Positions 9,140 through 18,132 of a stretch of DNA of 64,000 bases are shown one piece after another. The stretch's first letter is position 1. The number at the start of each line of letters is the position of its first letter. The notes beneath the pieces are model-generated. The model made no database searches and was not told where the DNA came from. It worked only from the letters and a program-made list of their open reading frames with translations. Made by a program: the position numbers and the translations under genes. This DNA comes from Candidatus Falkowbacteria bacterium (GTDB taxonomy: Bacteria > Patescibacteriota > Patescibacteriia > CAIXNZ01), in NCBI GenBank assembly GCA_963774955.1, contig CAVZGV010000004.1, positions 131,522-195,521 of the forward strand, in the 5' to 3' direction.

Positions 9140-9550
9140 CTAAGGCTTAAAAGCGATGTGGAACATGTCACCGAAAGTATTCTCTCCGCTCGCAGTTACG
9201 TTCTTCAGTCCGGCCTTACTGCCAAGCGGAAAATTTTCCGGTTGAGCAGTGATGGCCGAATACTGTTTCGGCCTGGCTGAGACATCAGAATCCATTTGGA
9301 CTTTGATTAAGTAAAGACCTTCTCCAAGTTCTTGCGGTTCGTTCACCACAGTGCCGATGGGCATGTTCTGGCTGACATGAAGATTATGGGTTGTTTGCCT
9401 ATCCTTCATTGTCGCCATATCATGATGACAAGCCCCCACAAAGCCTACGGCCAAGAAAAGACCGATGATGGCACACACCACAAAGAAAATCAGTCTTCTT
9501 CTGTTATCTTCCTTGGTCCCACCCCACATACTGCCATAACCATAACTCAT
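9140..9550 (-). CDS. Membrane-anchored hypothetical protein
   Basis: N-terminal TM segment (LIFFVVCAIIGLFLAVGFVGA); higher GC than the background. Confidence 0.45.
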   Translation of the reverse strand: MSYGYGSMWGGTKEDNRRRLIFFVVCAIIGLFLAVGFVGACHHDMATMKDRQTTHNLHVSQNMPIGTVVNEPQELGEGLYLIKVQMDSDVSARPKQYSAITAQPENFPLGSKAGLKNVTASGENTFGDMFHIAFKP

Positions 9551-9588
9551 TTGTTTTCTCCTTTCAGTAACTTAGAAATCTACGCAGA

Positions 9589-10191
9589 CTATTCGGGACT
9601 CACGTCTCCCTGTTCCTGGAGTATCACTTCGTATCTCTCGAATTTTTGCTGGCAATTCGGATTTTGAAAAATTGCCAGAAGGTTTTTGTCGACTTGCTCA
9701 ACCTTAAAACTGATCACTGGCCAGGAACCGTTTTTGTCGGTCGGATTGAGTAAACAAGCGCCGGTCATGGCGACACCATTAATGCTGGTGTTATCCGTGT
9801 AAAATTGACTGTTGACCCTATACCCAAAATGCAATTGAGCGTTGATGGGTACGGTAAATTTGGCAGTCAATCTGCCGCCAGACACCTGGGCGCTGTAGTC
9901 TCGAAGACAGGCCGGATCAAATGGGGAGTAGCAGATACGATCAACCATGGTGCCGAAGACTTCCACCCGAGGGCTTGAAATTTCAGGCGGCAAATCAATG
10001 GTGAGCGTCACTTCCGTAACCTCATACCCGTTGTTGACCTTGGCAGTCTGCTGCAATGACCCTGGCGGTGTGCTGGTCGGCACAGCCTCCACGGCATTGT
10101 TGATCTTGGTTGCGACCACAAGGTAGCCGACCAGCAGGGTGAAAAACACCAGGCTGGCAAGCACTCCGATCCAAAGCGTATTCTTTTTCAT
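9589..10191 (-). CDS. Signal-anchored or secreted hypothetical protein
   Basis: N-terminal hydrophobic segment (MKKNTLWIGVLASLVFFTLLVGYLVVA). 200 aa. Confidence 0.5.
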   Translation of the reverse strand: MKKNTLWIGVLASLVFFTLLVGYLVVATKINNAVEAVPTSTPPGSLQQTAKVNNGYEVTEVTLTIDLPPEISSPRVEVFGTMVDRICYSPFDPACLRDYSAQVSGGRLTAKFTVPINAQLHFGYRVNSQFYTDNTSINGVAMTGACLLNPTDKNGSWPVISFKVEQVDKNLLAIFQNPNCQQKFERYEVILQEQGDVSPE

Positions 10192-10206
10192 GACCTTCTC
10201 CTTATA

Positions 10207-10491
10207 TCAGTTTGCAGATTGCAAAGTTTGGGCAGGACGTTTACGCAAACTGCGCATAAACTTCCAGGCCAGTAAACACAAAAGCAGAGTAGTAAAGAAA
10301 TAGCCCCAGCTGAAAAAAAAGATGTTCACAGGCTGTCCACAGGTCAGACAAAGGAGTCCCCAGGTGACAGTCCCAGTCAGAAGCCAGCCTCCAAAAATAG
10401 AGGCCAAAATCTTTCTCATGACCACCAAACTAACCACAATCGTGGTCAGAGTGATCATGAGAGCATAGCGGTACTTCAACAGTTTGGTCAT
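10207..10491 (-). CDS. Small membrane protein
   Basis: 94 aa with three hydrophobic segments. Confidence 0.4.
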   Translation of the reverse strand: MTKLLKYRYALMITLTTIVVSLVVMRKILASIFGGWLLTGTVTWGLLCLTCGQPVNIFFFSWGYFFTTLLLCLLAWKFMRSLRKRPAQTLQSAN

Positions 10492-10812
10492 TTCCTGCTC
10501 CTTTTTTGCTAAAGTTGGGTATTTTTGCCTAAAAAGACTAAATTTTCAAAAAACAATTCAAATACCCCCTATAATATCATATTTTAGCCAAATTGTCAAT
10601 AGAATCCTTGACTTAGTCATATTCATTTGTTAAGCTAGACATACAATTTAACACCATTCCAGTCCCTTTGGGACAAATATATGAAACCCGCCTAGCGAGG
10701 TTTCAACGGTGCGATATCACAGCCTAGAGCTTAGAGCAACAGCAAGAATAACACTCTTGCTCCATACTCATGCTCTTGCTGATTTAAGTCCCGCCGTTTG
10801 GGATTTTTTTAA

Positions 10813-10890
10813 TGCTACAAATATACAAATCAATACAAATTATTACAAAATTTGTAATCATATGTCATAATATTTGTACATTTGTAACCT
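10813..10890. repeat. TACAAAT iteron-like element, copy 1 (paralog at 15723-15790)
   Basis: atatacaaatcaatacaaattattacaaaatttgtaat...tatttgtacatttgtaacc. Both copies follow intrinsic terminators. Confidence 0.5.
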
Positions 10891-10963
10891 AGTTCACAAG
10901 CAACCTTATATAACCCCATACAACCTAATTAAACATTATATAACCTAACTAACCAACCAACCT

Positions 10964-11467
10964 ATGAACGAACATTACGAGATCCTTTACATCCTGCCTG
11001 TGTCCTTAACCCCGGAAGAAACCACGCCCATCGTGGAGAAAGTTGCCGGCTTAATCAAGGAAAACGGAGGTGAAATTACCAAGGATGACAATTTGGGCAA
11101 ACAAAAATTTGCCTATCCGATTAAAGCCCTGACCCACGGCTATTATTTTCTTTATGAATTTGATTTGCAAAAAGCCCATTTATTAAAATTAAACCGCGAC
11201 TTAAATTTATCCAAAGAGCTGGTCAGATTTTTAATTGTCAAAAAGAAAGTCAAAACCGAAGCAGATATCAAGGAAGAAAAAGACTTGCAGGAAAAACTGG
11301 CCAAACGCAAAGAAAAAGAAATTGAAAAGATGAAAGCTGAAAAAGAATCCCCCTCCGCTAAAGCTACAGAGGATAAAGACAAGAAAACTTCTGGCAAAGA
11401 GAAACTTAGCCTGGAAGATCTGGACAAAAAACTTGATGAAATCCTGGATACCGACGAAATTATTTAA
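10964..11467 (+). CDS. rpsF: 30S ribosomal protein S6 with a long K/E-rich C-terminal tail
   Basis: N-terminus MNEHYEILYILPVSLTPEE...GKQKFAYPIK...GYYFLYEF matches the S6 family. It is in the conserved rpsF-ssb-rpsR order. Confidence 0.85.
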   Translation: MNEHYEILYILPVSLTPEETTPIVEKVAGLIKENGGEITKDDNLGKQKFAYPIKALTHGYYFLYEFDLQKAHLLKLNRDLNLSKELVRFLIVKKKVKTEADIKEEKDLQEKLAKRKEKEIEKMKAEKESPSAKATEDKDKKTSGKEKLSLEDLDKKLDEILDTDEII

Positions 11468-11525
11468 ATTATAATCTTCCAAAATTAAACTAAAATCTAT
11501 AATCTAAAATCTTAAATCTAATTTT

Positions 11526-11996
11526 ATGAACTTAAACAAAGCCATGATCATCGGCAATCTGACCCGTGATCCTGAAGTCAAAACCACGCCTCAAGGGACT
11601 TCTGTAGCCAGTTTTTCTGTCGCCACTAATTTTGTCTGGACTGACCAAAGCGGCCAAAAACAGGAAAAGGCTGAATATCATAATATTGTCGCCTGGAGAA
11701 AACTTGCTGACATTATTGGCCAGTATTTAAAAAAAGGTAGCAAGGTCTATATTGAAGGCCGTTTGCAAACCCGCGACTGGACAGGTCAGGACGGTGTCAA
11801 GAAATACCGAACTGAAATTGTCGCTGATAACATGATCATGCTTGACCGCGCAGGCGGTAATGCTTCCGGAGGCAATTGGAGCAAACCAGCTGCTTCAGCT
11901 GCATCAAATGACATTCCAACCATCCAGCAAGATGCCCCGGCTCCTAGTTCTGAATCTGACAGCGACGAAATTAAATTAGAGGACATACCGTTTTAG
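11526..11996 (+). CDS. ssb: Single-stranded DNA-binding protein
   Basis: OB-fold N-terminus (MIIGNLTRDPEV...YHNIVAWRKLA...VYIEGRLQTR), Gly/Ser-rich linker and a C-terminal DIPF tail. Confidence 0.9.
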   Translation: MNLNKAMIIGNLTRDPEVKTTPQGTSVASFSVATNFVWTDQSGQKQEKAEYHNIVAWRKLADIIGQYLKKGSKVYIEGRLQTRDWTGQDGVKKYRTEIVADNMIMLDRAGGNASGGNWSKPAASAASNDIPTIQQDAPAPSSESDSDEIKLEDIPF

Positions 11997-11999
11997 AAG

Positions 12000-12078
12000 A
12001 GTAAGATGGGAAAAGGAGGGTAAGATGGGCAAGAAGGGTATTCCCTTCTTTCTCCTCTTACTCTTCTTACCCCTCTTT
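12000..12078. repeat. Purine-rich long imperfect palindrome (core aagaagggtattcccttctt), family copy 1
   Basis: Family copies also at 46893-46995, 50245-50340, and degenerate at 41938-42000. Confidence 0.55.
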
Positions 12079-12114
12079 CCCAAATTAAATCAACCTAATT
12101 CAACTTATAACCCT

Positions 12115-12342
12115 ATGAAAGAAAAAAATCTCCTAGAATCAAGAAAATTCTGTCACTTTTGCCAAAATGGCATTAAGGACATTGATTATAAAGATGGACA
12201 GCTTTTAAGACGCTGGACCTCGTCTTATAATAAAATCGTGCCTAAAAGACGCAGTGGTGTTTGCTCTAAACATCAGCGCAAAGTGGCTCAGGCCATCAAA
12301 CGCGCCCGCTTTATGGCCATTTTACCTTATCTTCCAAGATAA
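12115..12342 (+). CDS. rpsR: 30S ribosomal protein S18 (start trimmed to ATG 12115)
   Basis: CHFCQNG...RRWTSSYNKIVPKRRSGVCSKHQRKVAQAIKRARFMAILPY. The ORF-track N-terminal extension is translated repeat DNA. Confidence 0.85.
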   Translation: MKEKNLLESRKFCHFCQNGIKDIDYKDGQLLRRWTSSYNKIVPKRRSGVCSKHQRKVAQAIKRARFMAILPYLPR

Positions 12343-12384
12343 TCTGCAATCTATAATCTGTAGTCTTTAATCTGCAAAAAATTT

Positions 12385-12951
12385 ATGGCAACTTTTTCAA
12401 GTCTAAACGAAATCAAAAAAGGCTCCAATATCAACTGGGACAAGGAACCCTATGTGGTCATGGAGGCTCATTTTGTGCGCATGCAGCAAAGAAAACCAGT
12501 CATGCAAACCAAGCTTAAGCACTTAATCACCGGCAAAATTTTAGAGTACTCTTTCAAGCCCGGCGATAAAGTAGAAGAAGCTGACATGTCCAGAAACAAG
12601 GCCAATTATTTATACAAAGATGAAAGTTTCGCCTATTTCATGGATAATAAAAGCTATGAGCAATTCCAGCTGCCCTTGGCTACTATTGGCAATAAAATCA
12701 AATTTTTAAAAGATGGCACAGATGTTGATGTTTTGTATTATGAATCCAATGCAGTCAGCATTGATATGCCAATTAAAATGGATTTTAAAGTCACTTCAGC
12801 GCCTCCGGGCACTAAGGGCGATAGCGCTTCCAATGTTACCAAGCAAATTACTATAGAAACCGGCGCCGTCATCAATGCTCCGCTTTTTGTTAAAGAAGGG
12901 GAGACAATCACCGTTAATACTGACACCGAAGAATACGTCGGCCGCGCGTAA
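12385..12951 (+). CDS. efp: Elongation factor P
   Basis: 188 aa with EF-P family KOW/OB layout, e.g. KGSNINWDKEPYVVMEAHFVRMQQRKPVMQTKLK. Confidence 0.85.
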   Translation: MATFSSLNEIKKGSNINWDKEPYVVMEAHFVRMQQRKPVMQTKLKHLITGKILEYSFKPGDKVEEADMSRNKANYLYKDESFAYFMDNKSYEQFQLPLATIGNKIKFLKDGTDVDVLYYESNAVSIDMPIKMDFKVTSAPPGTKGDSASNVTKQITIETGAVINAPLFVKEGETITVNTDTEEYVGRA

Positions 12952-13057
12952 AAAAAAACGAACAGCCTTTGTCATTTAGAACGCAGTGTGGAATCCATTA
13001 CCTTTTCGACTTCCGCAATGCATAATAAGCTGTTCGTTTTTTGTTTGGCAAATTAAA

Positions 13058-13100
13058 AAAAGGCGCCGGATTTCTCCAGCGCCTGGGGTATTTTACCCGG
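13058..13100 (-). terminator. Terminator with conserved loop GGATTTCTCC (ggcgccggatttctccagcgcc plus T-run on the minus strand)
   Basis: Related copies at 13846-13890 and 58690-58722, all 3' of minus-strand genes. Confidence 0.6.
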
Positions 13101-13764
13101 CTGATACCTTCTGCCGTGGCAACAATTTTTCCGTGGCCGTTGTGTCGGAAGGTGAACCAATAACAGTCTGTTTTTCTGTTTGGCTTACCTCTTCTTGACT
13201 GCGAATAATTTGTGCGATGTCATCGTTTGCCTTGCTGATGATTTCCGCGAGTTGATCACCTGCCGGCAACCCTTTAATCTGCAATTCGCTCAGGCTTAAA
13301 GATAAGCTGTCCAGAAAATTCATAATCTGATTGATCTGACCCCTTACTCCAAGAAGATCTGCCTCAAAAAAAGTTTGCTTACGTTTTATATTTTTAACGT
13401 AAGTGCTATCATGGTGATCATAAAATTTACTGGCAGACTCAGCTTCTTGACAACTGGCAGTTAAAAGAGCTCTGTTTTCTAAAAGCTGAACCAGGTCATG
13501 AGTGCTAATCTGATTAATTTGAGTCACGAGACTCCTGGCTTGACTTTCTATGCCCAATTTACGGATTTTTTTCATAATCCGCAAACGAGTAAACTTAGCC
13601 TGCAACAACATCTGCTGCTTAATTGGAATTTTGCTATAAAGAAACTGCCAAACCTTTTGCCTATCCCGATAAGCAAAATAAAATGGGGCTAAGGCAATAC
13701 CCAAAATCACCAGCCCGAACACGCACATCATCAAAAACATCATTCCTTCCATAATAATACTCAT
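13093..13764 (-). CDS. Membrane-anchored coiled-coil hypothetical protein
   Basis: N-terminal TM (FLMMCVFGLVILGIALAPFYFAY) followed by a Q/E/L-rich region. Confidence 0.45.
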   Translation of the reverse strand: MSIIMEGMMFLMMCVFGLVILGIALAPFYFAYRDRQKVWQFLYSKIPIKQQMLLQAKFTRLRIMKKIRKLGIESQARSLVTQINQISTHDLVQLLENRALLTASCQEAESASKFYDHHDSTYVKNIKRKQTFFEADLLGVRGQINQIMNFLDSLSLSLSELQIKGLPAGDQLAEIISKANDDIAQIIRSQEEVSQTEKQTVIGSPSDTTATEKLLPRQKVSAG

Positions 13765-13845
13765 CTCTTCCTCCTTGATTATTGGTGATATTTGTTAAAT
13801 AACTAACCCAAACTTAACAGCAAAAGTCATAATTGTCAAGAATTA

Positions 13846-13890
13846 AAAAAGCGCCGGATTTCTCCAGCGCCTGGGGTATTTTACTCGGCT
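13846..13890 (-). terminator. Terminator, paralog of 13058-13100
   Basis: aaaaaagcgccggatttctccagcgcctggggtattttac. Confidence 0.6.
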
Positions 13891-14816
13891 ACCGCATTTC
13901 GTGGCTGCCGAACTTTTTCTATGACCTGATCAACTTCCGCATCAGCCGCTTTTCTGGCTGAAATTTCCTGATGCACGTATTTAGCGTGCAGCTCGGCTAT
14001 CTCTTCATCAGCCCGGAGCATCTGATCCAAATCCTGCTGGACTTCAAATAGCGACTGCTCAACTTCAGCTGTGGAATCAGCGCTGATCAGAACACTGACG
14101 CGGATGGAAAAGTGGTTGAGAAAGCAAAGGATCAGCTGAATTTTATTCCTGGTGTCTTCCAGCCGCTTTTTAAGCGTGGCTAAATCCTTTTCCGAATCTG
14201 CCATCAGCTGCTGCTCACCTTCGATAATTCCGTTAGCCTTTTCCGCCTTAATTGTTGCCTGGGCGTCAATGACTAAACCGGCCAAAAGCTTTTCATTGGC
14301 TAAAAGCCGGGGAATTTCGTGTTCCACCAGCTTTTGCAGTTTGGAAGAAACTGCCGTAAACTGCTCCCGCTGCTTCTTGCCCTTGAGCATTTTCAGCATT
14401 TTTTTGCTGATCACTTTTGCTTCTGCAATTTCAATGGGGTGCAGTTCCGCCCACTGTTTAAACGCAGCCTGTCGGTTAGAAACTAACCAGTTTTTCAAGC
14501 TGCTTGGTAAAAAGTTTTCCCACTTATCTTGAGAGGCGTCGTAGAAACCAAACCCGACGTAGATTGACAAATACATCATGGCACCGGAAATTGGTCCGAG
14601 CAGAGTATTAGGAAGCTGACCATATGATAAAGCAAGGCTAAAACTAAAAACACCTGCGGCAAAAAACCACATTAGTATTGCTAATCCTTCATCACCAAAA
14701 CGTGGTCGCCAAAAATGTCTGGCTCGAGAATTTTTACGAAGTAAAGCATGCACACTGCTATAAATCGGCATGCTCAAAAGCGCAGCCACAAAAGTCAAAC
14801 CGATTAATTCTATCAT
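13881..14816 (-). CDS. Membrane-anchored coiled-coil hypothetical protein
   Basis: N-terminal TM helices followed by a long E/K/Q/L-rich region. 311 aa. Confidence 0.45.
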   Translation of the reverse strand: MIELIGLTFVAALLSMPIYSSVHALLRKNSRARHFWRPRFGDEGLAILMWFFAAGVFSFSLALSYGQLPNTLLGPISGAMMYLSIYVGFGFYDASQDKWENFLPSSLKNWLVSNRQAAFKQWAELHPIEIAEAKVISKKMLKMLKGKKQREQFTAVSSKLQKLVEHEIPRLLANEKLLAGLVIDAQATIKAEKANGIIEGEQQLMADSEKDLATLKKRLEDTRNKIQLILCFLNHFSIRVSVLISADSTAEVEQSLFEVQQDLDQMLRADEEIAELHAKYVHQEISARKAADAEVDQVIEKVRQPRNAVAE

Positions 14817-15120
14817 GGTTAGTTCCCTCCCTGATACTTCATTTTTTCAAAGTTCAAATTTACCACTAATATTAACATATAATTATCATCCTGTCAAGTT
14901 GTTATCCGGCCTAATTATATTGACAAACCCTAAAATATTTGCTATACTGATTAGATAAACTTAAACAGGAGGAACTCAAGTTCTGGCTATCTCAGCCCTT
15001 AACTCAAGCTGACCTGGATCGTTTGCAACAAATGGACAATCAAAGCTAGGGATTATTGATCTTGAATCTTCTGGACAGGCAAAGGGATGAAACAGAACAC
15101 TAACCCAAAGGAGGGAACCA

Positions 15121-15330
15121 ATGAGCAAGAAGGAAAAAGGCAATATCATCAAAATACGGGACTTGGTCACCAAGGTGGCCCACGGCTGTGTTGTCAACCA
15201 AAAGGCCGCGGTCATGCAAGATCGCACCAAGTACAAACGTAAACCCAAACACCGGCGTGACTTTCGCGAAGAGCGAGACGCGCCGGTGATTTTTTTTGAT
15301 TGCTCAACCACAAGTCTATCTCACAAATAA
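15121..15330 (+). CDS. Small basic hypothetical protein with a strong RBS (AAGGAGGG) and a long 5' leader
   Basis: Promoter TTGACA-17-TATACT at ~14921-14950, leaving a ~170-nt leader. 69 aa. Confidence 0.35.
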   Translation: MSKKEKGNIIKIRDLVTKVAHGCVVNQKAAVMQDRTKYKRKPKHRRDFREERDAPVIFFDCSTTSLSHK

Positions 15331-15450
15331 CACTAATGCCTTAAGCGAGACGTCGATTTTAAATATTGACAAATTATTAAAAAGATGATAATATAGATAA
15401 TACCGTCAATACTCTAATTGCCTGCCAATAAATAAAAGGAGGAGAGGAAA

Positions 15451-15672
15451 ATGATCAAAGTTGTGCTTGATTGGATTGAATTCTTGCAGCTTTTCAGAGG
15501 AGAAGAGCGTGAACTGATGGAAAGCAATCCGCTCCAATATTCATCAGTGATTGGTACCCTAGTGGAAAAGGAATCTGACGACCAAACCGTCGCCGTGGAC
15601 TTTGGCTCCTTCGGGAAAAAAATCGTTTATCGCAGACTCTGCAGATTCATCCTCGATACAACGGTGAATTAA
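15451..15672 (+). CDS. Small hypothetical protein
   Basis: Promoter TTGACA-17-TAATAT at ~15366-15400, RBS AAAGGAGGAG, and a terminator accggcg...cgccggtttttt at ~15685-15720. Confidence 0.35.
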   Translation: MIKVVLDWIEFLQLFRGEERELMESNPLQYSSVIGTLVEKESDDQTVAVDFGSFGKKIVYRRLCRFILDTTVN

Positions 15673-15722
15673 TTTTACAACCAATACCGGCGATCGCACT
15701 CTATGCGACGCCGGTTTTTTAT

Positions 15723-15790
15723 TATTACAAATTTTAGGATACGAATATACAAATCAAATACAAATTTACAAATTCGTATATTTGTAACCA
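15723..15790. repeat. TACAAAT iteron-like element, copy 2
   Basis: attacaaatttt..atatacaaatcaaatacaaatttacaaattcgtatatttgtaacc. Confidence 0.5.
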
Positions 15791-15856
15791 ATTAGCAAAT
15801 TAGTTTTCTTGAGATTTGTATTATAAAACCCCGAGCGAAACGCCCAGGGCTTATTG

Positions 15857-16363
15857 TTAAATCTTATCCCAGCATGACCAGATATGCCCTTCGCCTTCAC
15901 GAATTTTTTGGGCTGTCCATCTGGTCGCAAAATCAATCTCCAGAGCTTGTTCTCGAGTCACGTCAGTGTGCCACTTTAAAAAAATCTGGTAAAGACCGAA
16001 ACTGTTTGCGTCATCACCCATAGCGTTAGGATTTAAAGTGCTTTCGCAATTAGCCAGTAGAATCAGAGTATCTCCGAGTTCTGGCTCAATCTCGCGAATT
16101 CGTTGTTGCACATTCTGGCGGTAGGGGAAGCTAATCAGAGCTGGAAACTTCGGCTGGTCAAAGTTTTCTGCCACCCCTTCTGCCTCAACTTTGATGATCT
16201 TAAACTGTGAGTAGGGGACTAAACCCTGATCAGTCTGCACATAAATTTGAAAATCATCAAGCTCCTGCGCCTGGGCAACCGGGGTCAGCTGAATTTTGAT
16301 CAGACAACCCAAAAAGATAATTGCCACTACCATTGCCGCTTCGACCATAATCCACTTTTTCAT
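15857..16363 (-). CDS. Secreted protein with a possible lytic-transglycosylase-like (SLT) motif
   Basis: Signal peptide MKKWIMVEAAMVVAIIFLGC, and an ANCESTLNPNA...GLYQI segment resembling the SLT catalytic E-S and GLMQ motifs. Confidence 0.4.
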   Translation of the reverse strand: MKKWIMVEAAMVVAIIFLGCLIKIQLTPVAQAQELDDFQIYVQTDQGLVPYSQFKIIKVEAEGVAENFDQPKFPALISFPYRQNVQQRIREIEPELGDTLILLANCESTLNPNAMGDDANSFGLYQIFLKWHTDVTREQALEIDFATRWTAQKIREGEGHIWSCWDKI

Positions 16364-16607
16364 CTTTTCCTCCTTGCCCTACGAAGCTCACCAATGGTGA
16401 ACGAAGGAGGGCTTTTGAGCTTCAGCATCAGCATGGAAAAACAGCCCCTTATATAAAAAAAGACCATCTTAGATGATATCATTTTTTTGACGTTTTGTCA
16501 ATGGTTGTTTCGTAAATAGTGAAGTGAAAAGGCTGCTAGTATAGTGTTTAGTGTAAAGTATTAAAACACCAGACACTTACCACTTTTCACTTAACTAATT
16601 TCTTGAC

Positions 16608-18059
16608 CTATACACTACTTACTTTTTTCCTTACCCACTTCACCCAAGGATTCTGATTGCGAATATAGCACGTGCCAAACTGACCTTTAAAGCGCGAAAA
16701 ACCTTTCCAGCTACGGTCATCGCCAGGTGCCCAAAAAAGTCCAAAATCCTGATACTTAAAACCTAAAGAGATAGAATGCTGATACCAATAATCAATCATG
16801 CCCGTACCGAGCCCGTCTCTTTCCGCCTCAGTATATAAAAAAGAAATTAAATGATGCGATTGTCTAATTTCCGGAATATCGATAACAGCCAGACCAGCCA
16901 TAATTTGTTTGGTATCTTTATGACGCGCCAGCAAACAGTGAATCAAATTGACATGCCGATTAAGTTCGCTTTTCAATAAATTTATATATAATGTTTTTAG
17001 CCCGAAAAAATTTCTGTTCTTAACTTTTAAAAAAGCACTGGAAAATTCTTCAGGCGTTCCCTCGTAAAGATCATAAGCATTGTTTTTTAAAAATTTAGTC
17101 CGTTGGCGCTGAACATTACTATTCCAAATTTTCCAATAGGAATCAGCCGGACCAATCGGCGCATAGCCTGTTTTTCGGTCATTCATCATTATCCTTGATC
17201 TATGCCAGCCTTTGGGTTTGGCTAAATTAGTAAGCGGCTGCCAAATAATCATGCGAGTATATTCTGCTGGCTTAATAACCGGTTCAATATCCCCCTGGTA
17301 ACTTTCCAGATAAAACGGCCCATGATGCCAGGCCACGCCGCAGATCTGATCATCACCGACAAAACGCTTAATGCTATTTTTGCATTCGCGCAACCAGTAA
17401 TCCTTACTGCTCTTATAATGAACATAATCATTGGGTAGGGGGTCGCCATATTGACCCAAACCAAAATGGCGGTAAATGGCCAGGCTGTTATAAAAATACT
17501 TAATTTTTTTATATTGGGAAAAGAATTTATTGAAAGTATCAAAAATTTCCGGATGTTCGTAAGCATTTAGCAACAAATGGCCTTCGGGCTTAAGCAAGCT
17601 ATGTAAACGCTTCAAAAACTGATCCGCCAATAAAATTTGGGCTGGTATTTTGCCCAGAAACAAATCAACCAGAATTATATCAAACTTTTCCTGCAAATTT
17701 TCCACTGATTTCACGGCATCACCCGTAATAATTCTTGGTTGACGTTTAACTTGCCTTAAAAAAGTCCGCTGGCTTATATTGACCATGGCCGGATCCAACT
17801 CAATGGCAGTAATCTGGCATTTGGGAAATTTTTTATATAACTGATTAATATTACCGCCGGCACCCAGCCCCAAAATTAAAACATTTTTAACATGAATTTT
17901 GGACAGACGCTTTAAAACTTTACGCCACATGTTAATGGTATAATTAGCTGTTTGAAAACAGCCACCGGCGCAGATTTGCCAGCGACCCAAAAATCGGCTG
18001 CACTCAATTGGGCCGCTATACTCTGAGTTAACTGTCCATTTTTCATAAATCCAACTCAT
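16608..18059 (-). CDS. Fusion protein: spermidine-synthase-like class I SAM-dependent methyltransferase fold plus a C-terminal FemAB/GNAT-like domain
   Basis: VLILGLGAGGNINQLY...ITAIELDPAMV...IILVDLF is a Rossmann MTase signature. The C-terminal ~150 aa (LFWAPGDD...WKGFSRFKGQFG) resemble an acyl/aminoacyl-transferase fold. Confidence 0.45.
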   Translation of the reverse strand: MSWIYEKWTVNSEYSGPIECSRFLGRWQICAGGCFQTANYTINMWRKVLKRLSKIHVKNVLILGLGAGGNINQLYKKFPKCQITAIELDPAMVNISQRTFLRQVKRQPRIITGDAVKSVENLQEKFDIILVDLFLGKIPAQILLADQFLKRLHSLLKPEGHLLLNAYEHPEIFDTFNKFFSQYKKIKYFYNSLAIYRHFGLGQYGDPLPNDYVHYKSSKDYWLRECKNSIKRFVGDDQICGVAWHHGPFYLESYQGDIEPVIKPAEYTRMIIWQPLTNLAKPKGWHRSRIMMNDRKTGYAPIGPADSYWKIWNSNVQRQRTKFLKNNAYDLYEGTPEEFSSAFLKVKNRNFFGLKTLYINLLKSELNRHVNLIHCLLARHKDTKQIMAGLAVIDIPEIRQSHHLISFLYTEAERDGLGTGMIDYWYQHSISLGFKYQDFGLFWAPGDDRSWKGFSRFKGQFGTCYIRNQNPWVKWVRKKVSSV

Positions 18060-18132
18060 ACTAAAAATTTCCGCTTAACAAATTCGCCCGACATTAATCG
18101 AGCGAATTTAGTAAAATATATATTGGCAGTAA

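Noticed and set aside
11152-11482. Minus-strand ORFs inside rpsF
   Set aside because: Low-complexity F/L/S-rich translations of the K/E-rich rpsF tail on the opposite strand.
12025-12114. N-terminal 30-aa extension of the rpsR ORF (MGKKGIPFFLLLLFLPLF...)
   Set aside because: It is a translation of the purine/pyrimidine palindromic repeat. Canonical S18 starts at ATG 12115.
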